Positions 56,781-64,000 of a stretch of DNA of 64,000 nucleotides are shown here, piece by piece. This stretch comes from an uncultured virus (IMG/VR IMGVR_UViG_3300030098_003452) (lineage: Duplodnaviria; Heunggongvirae; Uroviricota; Caudoviricetes; Crassvirales), in the IMG/VR virus record IMGVR_UViG_3300030098_003452, positions 1 to 64,000 of that record; one strand, given 5' to 3'. Below the pieces are notes generated by a model. The model saw only the letters and a list, made by a program, of their open reading frames with translations, was not told where the DNA came from and made no database searches. The translations under genes and the position numbers were made by a program. Position 1 is the first letter of the stretch, and each line of letters opens with the position of its first letter.

Positions 56781-58487
56781 TTATTCCCAAGGCATATCTT
56801 CGACTTCAATTACTTGCTCAGGTATAAAACTACCAGACTTAGGCTCCCAAGTAAAATGAGACTCAGCACCATTCTCACCAAGGTTTTGGAACTTAACTTT
56901 AAGTACTTTAACTTTAGTCGTTTTGGCTTCGTAGTCCCTATGGACCAAGAGTCCATGATAACTCGCGTCATACCACTCACCTCCTCCTTTGATGTTGTAC
57001 ATTGTTGGCTCTTCGATTTTTCCATCATTTCCTTTATACATTTTAGTTGGATGTGCTACGATAAAAACTAACACATCATATTTCTTACAAAAAGTCTCAA
57101 TCTTAGCTAGATAATCCATCGTGTAACGGTTTACATCATCTGACACTGCGTTTGTGTCTCTAATCTTATTAAATGGATCTATAACAAGACATTTAATACC
57201 TTTGCGTTTCACAAGTTCAGCACCTTTACGTAATACAGATTCTAAACTATATTTATCCATATCAATAAAGAAATAATTATCATTAACATGGTCGGCTACC
57301 TCGTTCCATTTACTACCACCTATATCTCCAGCTGACGGCATGTCTTGCCAAGTTTTCCTCATTAATTTATGAGCATGTAAATATGTTGGAGCATTTTCTG
57401 GACTAGCAAATGCCGTTTTCCAACCATAATTTTTATTATATCCTACAACCATTTGATCAACAAAATCAGACTTACCACTACTAGGTATACCAGTGACAGT
57501 AATGAACTGCCCAGTATAAGTACTGAAAATATTGTCAAAATTTTTGAGTCCGACCTGGAACCCAGGCTTAAAACCATTTTTAACAAAGTCTTTAAGTTCA
57601 TCTTCTATATCTTTTAATGTTGATACATTTTCTAATGGTACAGGTCTCGCGCTATGTATAACATTCTTTAACGAGTCTGCACCATGTTTTAATAAGTAAT
57701 CATTAGCATCTTTTTCTCCGTGAAAATCAACAAGATAACAAACTTCTGCTCCAAGTCTTCTTACTAATTCCTTTTGTAACATTTGACCAGGTTCATCTTG
57801 GTCTACTGCTAATATTACTCTAGTCTTGTCATCAAAATAATCAATACAATTATCTAAGTAATCTAAATTATTATTGTTTAATGTGGCTCCATTAGGAACT
57901 GAAATAGCATTTGGAATACCGGCTTCATGTAATGCTAACACATCCATTTCACCTTCAGTTATCACGCAAGTGTCATATCCTACGATACTGTTAATATTAT
58001 AAAATACTTTTTCAGCGCCTTTATAAAGCTTGAAGTTTTTTCTACCATCTCTGTATTTAATATTTATAAGTTGATCACCCATAAAATAATTAAATTGAAT
58101 AGTATTTTCCTTCTTTCCTGTCTGAGGCATAAACTCTAGACCTTCAATAACTCTAAGTTCTTTTAAAGTTTGTTTTGATATACCTCTTGTTCCAAACCAC
58201 GTTTCCACATTTGTACTAACATCTTTAAATTGCTCTGGTGTTTCAGGTCTTATATAAACCCTTTCGCTAGCACCTTTACGTTGATACGTGTGTAGTTGAA
58301 AAGTAGTATTACAGTTGTGACAGGTACCAAGACCACGTTCCCAATCATAAGAAGCACATTGTGCTTTTTGATTCTTAGGTTTCCTATCAGATGAACACAG
58401 GGGACAAATCCCCTGCGTAGCACCTTCTTTTAGGCTATATTGATTGAAATTGTCAATCAAGAATCCATTGATCTCTTCTACACTCAT
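56781..58487 (-). CDS. primase-helicase (T7 gp4/Twinkle-like)
   Basis: N-terminal CPLC/CHNC zinc finger, TOPRIM ITEGEMD...DQD, Walker A GIPSSGKS, LVIDP. Confidence 0.93.
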   Translation of the reverse strand: MSVEEINGFLIDNFNQYSLKEGATQGICPLCSSDRKPKNQKAQCASYDWERGLGTCHNCNTTFQLHTYQRKGASERVYIRPETPEQFKDVSTNVETWFGTRGISKQTLKELRVIEGLEFMPQTGKKENTIQFNYFMGDQLINIKYRDGRKNFKLYKGAEKVFYNINSIVGYDTCVITEGEMDVLALHEAGIPNAISVPNGATLNNNNLDYLDNCIDYFDDKTRVILAVDQDEPGQMLQKELVRRLGAEVCYLVDFHGEKDANDYLLKHGADSLKNVIHSARPVPLENVSTLKDIEDELKDFVKNGFKPGFQVGLKNFDNIFSTYTGQFITVTGIPSSGKSDFVDQMVVGYNKNYGWKTAFASPENAPTYLHAHKLMRKTWQDMPSAGDIGGSKWNEVADHVNDNYFFIDMDKYSLESVLRKGAELVKRKGIKCLVIDPFNKIRDTNAVSDDVNRYTMDYLAKIETFCKKYDVLVFIVAHPTKMYKGNDGKIEEPTMYNIKGGGEWYDASYHGLLVHRDYEAKTTKVKVLKVKFQNLGENGAESHFTWEPKSGSFIPEQVIEVEDMPWE

Positions 58488-58795
58488 TAAAATGGTAGAT
58501 CTTCTTCAGCCGCAGCAGGAGCAGGTGCTGGTGCTGATTGGTTATCTCTTGGAGCAACGTCTACATTAGTACCGTTAGTCCAAACTACCTTTACATTACC
58601 AAGGTAAGTTTTTTCTGCTTTAGCATCCCTTTCTTCCTTAGTTTGTTCTACAACTACAGGTCCTTGATTACCGAATTGATCTAAGTCATCATTTAATGTA
58701 ATTGTAATAGGTAAATACTTACCTTTCTTACCTACAAAGATTTTCTCTTTAGGTATATTGTTCAAGTTAATACTTGTTTTAATAATACTTGCCAT
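58487..58795 (-). CDS. putative single-stranded DNA-binding protein
   Basis: Acidic EEDLPF C-terminal tail; next to the primase-helicase. Confidence 0.65.
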   Translation of the reverse strand: MASIIKTSINLNNIPKEKIFVGKKGKYLPITITLNDDLDQFGNQGPVVVEQTKEERDAKAEKTYLGNVKVVWTNGTNVDVAPRDNQSAPAPAPAAAEEDLPF

Positions 58796-58956
58796 TAATA
58801 ATTATTTATTTGGTTAAACATTCTAGTTAATTGTTCTTTAGTTACACTAGTATTTCTTCTAATGTTATCAACAGCCTTTAAATGGCTTTGGTTCTTATAG
58901 AAATTGCTTATACTTGTTTTAACACCAGTAACATCACATACTTTTTTTCTTGCCAT
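58795..58956 (-). CDS. small hypothetical protein (53 aa, not in ORF track)
   Basis: Manual translation MARKKVCDVTGVKTSISNFYKNQSHLKAVDNIRR... Confidence 0.55.
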   Translation of the reverse strand: MARKKVCDVTGVKTSISNFYKNQSHLKAVDNIRRNTSVTKEQLTRMFNQINNY

Positions 58957-58965
58957 AATATTTAA

Positions 58966-59706
58966 TTAAAGTGTTTTACTTATGAAATACTGTTTAGGAT
59001 CAAAATCCTTAGTTTTATAGAACAGGTCATAAGCTTCCGCTGCTCTACGTATTTTATCTTCTCCTTTTTCATAAAATTGAGGAGAACAATCAAACATACC
59101 TATTTGGTGCGTCGTCTTGTCAATAACTATGAATAACATCTCGTATCCAAATAACTTACTATAGATATAAGCTTGTGAATCATAATTAAATTTACTAGCT
59201 GACCATTTAAATTTATCTATATCGCTAGTTGTTTTTAAATCTATTACTAATTTCTCGCTATGATTAACAATATCAGCTTTGCCTTTCCATTGATTGCCAA
59301 ATAATTCTGTAATCATAGGTACTTCAAAATCATTTAATTTACCATTTGTACCCATGATAAGATCAGCACAAATATCATTAGCCATAACTTTATCTCTCAT
59401 TAATTCGATTGTATCTACTTCGTGTTGAAGCAAACAAAGCTCTCCACCAGACATATCTTTATACTGCTTAGTATTTCTAGTAGCTGAAGGTATTACTGTG
59501 AACTTCTCCAGTTTATCTGGTTCAAGTATACACGTGTGAAAATATCCACCTACTAGAAAAGCCGGTGAAGGCTTTGATTGTTTAAAAACATTTAATGGAT
59601 CTTTTAATAATTTACCTACATGTGAATTAGATAGAAATTGATTACCAAAATCTCCATAATAGTCTTTATCATTTTTTAGCTTTTGTAAGATTTGTTCTTT
59701 GTTCAT
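58966..59706 (-). CDS. PD-(D/E)XK exonuclease (RecE/exonuclease VIII-like)
   Basis: LSNS..., GGYFHTCILEP, KGKADI...IDLKTT, YDSQAYIY. Confidence 0.85.
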   Translation of the reverse strand: MNKEQILQKLKNDKDYYGDFGNQFLSNSHVGKLLKDPLNVFKQSKPSPAFLVGGYFHTCILEPDKLEKFTVIPSATRNTKQYKDMSGGELCLLQHEVDTIELMRDKVMANDICADLIMGTNGKLNDFEVPMITELFGNQWKGKADIVNHSEKLVIDLKTTSDIDKFKWSASKFNYDSQAYIYSKLFGYEMLFIVIDKTTHQIGMFDCSPQFYEKGEDKIRRAAEAYDLFYKTKDFDPKQYFISKTL

Positions 59707-60234
59707 TTGTTAGTTTATATTTAGATTCAATAGCATCAATACTACCGCCAGATCTTACATAGCTCATAGCAGATTCCATTTGATCTTTTGTTATAGCTGG
59801 TTTAGCAGCTTGTTTAATTTTATCTACAGCTTTAGATTTACCATGATCATTATTAGCATCTGCATCTTGAGTATCATCAATCAAGAATAGATTACCTAAA
59901 GCATACTTCTTCCCATAAGATGAAGCCGCTCCAAATTTTTGTGGCATTTGCATTCCTTTTGCTCCCAGGTCTACACCTACCACAGCCGTTGCTGTTATTT
60001 GATTTTCGCCATCAGAAATTGTGGCTGTAGATTTAATTATCGGTATATCACAATCCATTAATATTTCTTCATTAACAGTTACCGATACNNNNNNNNNNCT
60101 GTTAAGAACGGTTTGGTAGCTTCAAGTATATCTTCAGCTGACCTAAAATAATACTTACCAAAAGAATTAAATCTAGATTTTTTAGATTTAAATTTAGTTT
60201 GTATTATTGCTAATTTTTGGTTTAATTCTTTCAT
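59669..60234 (-). CDS. erf: ERF-family ssDNA annealing protein (spans an N gap)
   Basis: N-part FNSFGKYYFRSAEDILEATKP (start at 60234); C-part QKFGAASSYGKKYALGNLFLIDD..DAD. Confidence 0.85.
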
Positions 60235-60305
60235 AATTTTGGTCTTTGGTCTATATATATTATTACACGTTTTTTTTCACTTTTAATTTTATTTTTTACT
60301 CTAAC

Positions 60306-61061
60306 TTACAGAAATTCAATCACTTGTGAGTGATCTACATTTTCAATTAATGTATCGACAGCTTGTCTTTTTAATTGTGAAATTCTCACATAAGAACTAT
60401 CTCCGCTCATACCTAGTTTGGTTGCTATCTGTGAGGCTGTATGTTTTTTACAATCAAGTCCATAACTAAGTCTAAGAACTTCGTATTCTTTTTTGCTTAA
60501 GTTTGATTTTAATAGACTCATTAAGTATTTATTTAACATATCTATATTATATGGTTCGGATTCATCTGGTATTTGATATATCATATCTTCATTTTTAGGA
60601 TTTGCATCAATACTTAAAAATATAGAATTGAAAAACATTTCTACCATTTTTTTATCTTTACCAAAGTTTTTACGTATTTCATTCATTTTATGTTCTGGTA
60701 TACGTATATTACCTCTATTCATATCTATATGTCTTCTTATACTACCTTTTATTCTTTTTGATAAAAATGATTTTAAAGTTTTTTCCATATCTTCAGATTC
60801 TTTAAGTTTCTCATAATCTAATTTTTGAATTGCTTGAACCAATCCAATATGTCCAAAACCTATAAAATCCATTACATTCATCACACCACTAGCTTGTTGT
60901 GAAGTTGAAAATTTTCTAGCTATATTTTCTACTAATGGTAAAAATTTAATTGTCAATTCTTTTCTATTATAGTTATCTAAAGAAAGATCTGGCAATCTTT
61001 TTATAGCTTGTACTATATCGTTTTTATATCTAACATAATTTTGTATATTATAACTTTTCAT
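60306..61061 (-). CDS. phage sigma70-family RNA polymerase sigma factor
   Basis: LVENIARKF, G.IGLVQAI, RIKGSIRR.ID...IRIPEH, region-4 HTH with RISQLKRQA. Confidence 0.85.
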   Translation of the reverse strand: MKSYNIQNYVRYKNDIVQAIKRLPDLSLDNYNRKELTIKFLPLVENIARKFSTSQQASGVMNVMDFIGFGHIGLVQAIQKLDYEKLKESEDMEKTLKSFLSKRIKGSIRRHIDMNRGNIRIPEHKMNEIRKNFGKDKKMVEMFFNSIFLSIDANPKNEDMIYQIPDESEPYNIDMLNKYLMSLLKSNLSKKEYEVLRLSYGLDCKKHTASQIATKLGMSGDSSYVRISQLKRQAVDTLIENVDHSQVIEFL

Positions 61062-61065
61062 TTTT

Positions 61066-61461
61066 TTAACAATTTATTGGTTTACTAATTTTAGGACTAC
61101 CCGGTTTTGATATTTTAATCTTTTTAATTTCGTTTCCGTTAAATTTGTGCAAATTATTTTTACTTTTATATCTATATGTTTTTATTGTTCCATTTCTATA
61201 ATAAATAGTAATTTTTCTTATATTATTATAATATTTATTATTTTTATAATTTTTATCAAATAAATGTAAATATAATAATTCACTTTTATCTATATTAATA
61301 GTTTTTTCTTTAATATATTTAGTTTCTGAAAATTCAAATATTTTTTTTGATTTGTTAATTTCTAATATTTTATTTCCAGATATCTCTATACGTACAGTGT
61401 CTATTTGTGAATAACAAGTTATTGTTAATAAACTAAATAATAATAATTTAATTGTTTTCAT
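61066..61461 (-). CDS. exported hypothetical protein
   Basis: Signal peptide-like N-terminus; very AT-rich. Confidence 0.55.
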   Translation of the reverse strand: MKTIKLLLFSLLTITCYSQIDTVRIEISGNKILEINKSKKIFEFSETKYIKEKTINIDKSELLYLHLFDKNYKNNKYYNNIRKITIYYRNGTIKTYRYKSKNNLHKFNGNEIKKIKISKPGSPKISKPINC

Positions 61462-61817
61462 TTGTTTAATTTTTCGTTAATTCTTTCTCTAATTATTCTT
61501 ATATCATTTGCTTTTACTTTATAATCATTCATTAATTCTTTCGGTACATTATCCCAAGCTCCGATATAGTTTTGTACATTAAATCCTCTTTTTATACATT
61601 CGTTATATAATTTTATATATCTATTTTTTAAATATAATAATTTATTATAAAAGAATTTAACATGTCCACTACCTAATTTAAATCTTTTAGGTATTCCATC
61701 CATATTATATTTACCTTTAGCAATACAATTTGGTATACGCTTTATTTCTCTATGTTCAGCTATTAAATGTTGATTAACTAATTCAGCTGGTGGTATTCCT
61801 GCGTTTATTCTAGTCAT
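61458..61817 (-). CDS. denV: pyrimidine dimer DNA glycosylase (T4 endonuclease V-like)
   Basis: MTRIN...L..QHLIAEHREIKRI and FKLGSGHVKFFYNKL; start revised to 61817. Confidence 0.9.
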   Translation of the reverse strand: MTRINAGIPPAELVNQHLIAEHREIKRIPNCIAKGKYNMDGIPKRFKLGSGHVKFFYNKLLYLKNRYIKLYNECIKRGFNVQNYIGAWDNVPKELMNDYKVKANDIRIIRERINEKLNK

Positions 61818-62434
61818 AATTGTTGGTTTAATAATTCCTTTTCTCGTTTTAATTCCGCACACATGTTTCTATGTATTGTTCTTATTGAGCAATTTAAATG
61901 AATTGCTAATCTTTTTATAGTTATTTTTCTATCACTATCATTTATAGATAACATCATATCGTATATATCACTTGATGTAATGCTTTTAGACCTACCTATT
62001 AATTGACCTACAATACGTAATTTTTCTTCTTTACACATTCGATTATTAGGTTTAAATATAACTTTTCTAAGTTTATTGTTAGGAGGTTTTTCTAAATCTA
62101 ACATGCTAACTTCATACACTATTTTTCTTAATAATTCATTGTGTATGTTAAAGCTAATAAATCCATTATTTTTATCACATATTACCTCAGCTAACTTCAT
62201 AAAGTCATCTTGGTCTAATTGTGGATTAAGATACCAGAGTACGAGCAGATGCCACTTAAGAGATTTATACGTAGTTATTTTAGCAGAAGATCTAAATAAT
62301 TCATAACATTCATGAGTACCATTTAGATAAAACATATACACTTTATTTTCTTGATCTGGTACGTCTGTTATTGGTAATCTACGATATACGATACGACGAT
62401 CGTTGAGATATTTTAAATTTCTATTGTGTGACAT
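61814..62434 (-). CDS. HTH DNA-binding protein (possible regulator or origin-binding protein)
   Basis: C-terminal KITIKRLAIHLNCSIRTIHRN HTH; start codon lies inside an inverted repeat. Confidence 0.65.
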   Translation of the reverse strand: MSHNRNLKYLNDRRIVYRRLPITDVPDQENKVYMFYLNGTHECYELFRSSAKITTYKSLKWHLLVLWYLNPQLDQDDFMKLAEVICDKNNGFISFNIHNELLRKIVYEVSMLDLEKPPNNKLRKVIFKPNNRMCKEEKLRIVGQLIGRSKSITSSDIYDMMLSINDSDRKITIKRLAIHLNCSIRTIHRNMCAELKREKELLNQQL

Positions 62435-62472
62435 TAGCCTATTACTCTTTATTCTTAGGGGCTGTTGTCACA
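62428..62472. promoter_or_regulatory. inverted-repeat operator-like site matching 743-788
   Basis: GTGACATTAGCCTATTA...GCTGTTGTCAC. Confidence 0.6.
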
Positions 62473-62572
62473 GTCCCCTGTGGTTTTAATGTGGTAAATA
62501 TAATTCTTGTTTCATTATCATTACCATATTTAATTTCATTAAATTGTTTTATTCTTAATTTTAATCTTTTAT

Positions 62573-62760
62573 TCATAGTCCTGATTTTTTCAAAAAATAT
62601 TTATATACTTCTGGTATATGTTTTTTATAATAAGGTTGTTCTGATTTACACCATTTTTTAATTTCATCTCTTGATTTAAACGATTGATATTTATAAGTCA
62701 CTTCTAAATCATCTATAAAATCTCCAACTGTCCAACCTTCCCATATATGTTTATCTCTAT
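62573..62760 (-). CDS. hypothetical protein (start uncertain, near MNRDKH)
   Basis: C-terminal part of the 62573-62821 ORF; the upstream part overlaps the ligase gene. Confidence 0.5.
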
Positions 62761-63635
62761 TCATAATTTCTAATACATTTAAATAACGGATGTCTATAAC
62801 TACCCGCTTTTGTTCGTTCAAAATACGTGAACGTCGCTATTTTACCTACCCAAGTTTTCATTTCTTCAAAATTCTTTTGTAAATAATCAAATCTATCCAT
62901 TACAGGCATACCAAATTCATTACCATCAGCATCGACAGCCATAAACTTGCCTATAGTACCTTTACGCTTACCTTTACCTTCAACCCAGTCGGTTATAGTA
63001 GCTTCAGTATCGGAGAAATCTTTAACTTTCATTAATGTCCAACTTCTTTTACATTCATAAGGCTCATTCTTTCTTAATATAGAACCTTCATAACCTAGTT
63101 CTAAAAACTCTTCGTGTTTAGCTTCAACTTCTTCAGTATTATGTACTAAATAAGAAAGAGTTGGCATAATTATATTTATATCAGAATCAAACTTACCAAA
63201 TGCACCAAAATTTTCATTTATAAATAAGTTTCTATCTTCAAATGTCCAATCTTCATTTACTATATCGTAACAATGAAATTGTACCATTTTAGATGATTCT
63301 ATACGGTCTTCTGTTGTTGGTTTTGTTTTTCTGACTAATGATATAATCTTTTCAAAATCGTCTTTTAAATCGTGATTATATAATTCACCGTCTAATATAA
63401 CATTAGGATATTTTGTAAAGAAAGGTACTAATTCTTCTAATATATGGTCAATATTTTTCCACTCTTTACCTGTACGTGAATATGCTACAATACGAAAACC
63501 TAAATCGTCACCTTCGCGTTGTATTAAACATCTAACACCATCTAATTTTGGTTGAAGATATAATGGCCAATCACCATCTTTAATTCTACTGTAATCACCC
63601 ACGTTTTGGGCTAACATTGCTTTCTTTCTCATCAT
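62757..63635 (-). CDS. lig: ATP-dependent DNA ligase
   Basis: QPKLDGVRC (motif I), LDGELY, YEGSILR, LMKVK. Confidence 0.93.
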   Translation of the reverse strand: MMRKKAMLAQNVGDYSRIKDGDWPLYLQPKLDGVRCLIQREGDDLGFRIVAYSRTGKEWKNIDHILEELVPFFTKYPNVILDGELYNHDLKDDFEKIISLVRKTKPTTEDRIESSKMVQFHCYDIVNEDWTFEDRNLFINENFGAFGKFDSDINIIMPTLSYLVHNTEEVEAKHEEFLELGYEGSILRKNEPYECKRSWTLMKVKDFSDTEATITDWVEGKGKRKGTIGKFMAVDADGNEFGMPVMDRFDYLQKNFEEMKTWVGKIATFTYFERTKAGSYRHPLFKCIRNYE

Positions 63636-63645
63636 AATTTTATTA

Positions 63646-63677
63646 TATTATCTTTTTGTTATTGTATTTAATTTGTA
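63646..63677 (-). promoter_or_regulatory. putative phage promoter, copy 4
   Basis: tattatc-N10-tgtatttaatttgta upstream of the ligase. Confidence 0.65.
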
Positions 63678-63964
63678 TCATCTAATTTCTTTTTAAGAAT
63701 ATCTATTTTCTTTTTTATTTTAGCACATTTTTCATATTCTTCTTTTTCTTGATAAATATTTAACTGTGTCATTAGGCTGGCTAACTCACCTAATAATTCT
63801 TCTTCAGTATTATTTTTTTTAGGTTTTTTACCTATTCCAGGAAAATACTTTTCCATATAATCAAGAGTGGAACTGGTATACCAACTAGCTCCTTGTTGAA
63901 TATATTTAGTTAATAATTTATCTACAATTAAATCTGCTAATTTATTCATTTCTTTTTCTGTCAT
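63668..63964 (-). CDS. hypothetical protein with C-terminal UVR-like motif
   Basis: EKEEYEKCAKIKKKI resembles the UvrB/UvrC coiled-coil motif. Confidence 0.6.
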   Translation of the reverse strand: MTEKEMNKLADLIVDKLLTKYIQQGASWYTSSTLDYMEKYFPGIGKKPKKNNTEEELLGELASLMTQLNIYQEKEEYEKCAKIKKKIDILKKKLDDTN

Positions 63965-64000
63965 ACTTTTTCTTCGTATTTAGTTAATAATTTTTCTGGT

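Noticed and set aside
48440..60098. Apparent disruption of the nuclease (48440-48449) and erf (60089-60098) genes
   Set aside because: Both are scaffold N gaps, not evidence of pseudogenes or frameshifting
2755..62306. Many short antisense or alternate-frame ORFs inside long genes (e.g. 4927-5151, 13463-13867, 45769-46182, 53246-53578)
   Set aside because: Shadow ORFs of well-supported genes with no recognisable motifs
1..64000. tRNA genes, integrase, DNA polymerase, stop-codon reassignment
   Set aside because: None recognised by eye; genes pack tightly under the standard code and TAG stops are followed by sensible starts. tRNAscan-SE was not run, and a polymerase may lie outside the window

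Overview
This AT-rich 64 kb window is most of a tailed dsDNA bacteriophage genome, scaffolded with two 10-N gaps (48440-48449, 60089-60098). The inferred host is Bacteroidetes/Flavobacteriia, probably aquatic: starts sit in A-rich context with no Shine-Dalgarno motif, and there is an Hc1-like gene and a T9SS-type C-terminal domain. The + strand (939-51362) carries GroEL/GroES, a holin, lectin-like fibres, terminase, portal, scaffold, major capsid, podovirus-type tail proteins, a 3522-aa multidomain protein, a cell-envelope cassette and an M15 endolysin. The - strand (51431-63964 and 1-436) carries class II RNR, nucleotide-metabolism genes, primase-helicase, an SSB/exonuclease/ERF recombination module, a sigma factor, DenV and an ATP-dependent ligase. 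Most notable: (1) about a dozen otherwise unrelated small basic proteins share an N-terminal M[AT]FKMKG leader followed by an S[PA][LFM]KQ-like motif, and one member is a HExxH metallopeptidase, suggesting a targeting/processing system; (2) a phage-encoded envelope cassette with a T9SS-like cargo; (3) a thymidylate-synthase homologue with the dCMP-type Asp; (4) repeated promoter-like and operator-like DNA motifs. All protein calls are from motif recognition and gene context, not database searches.
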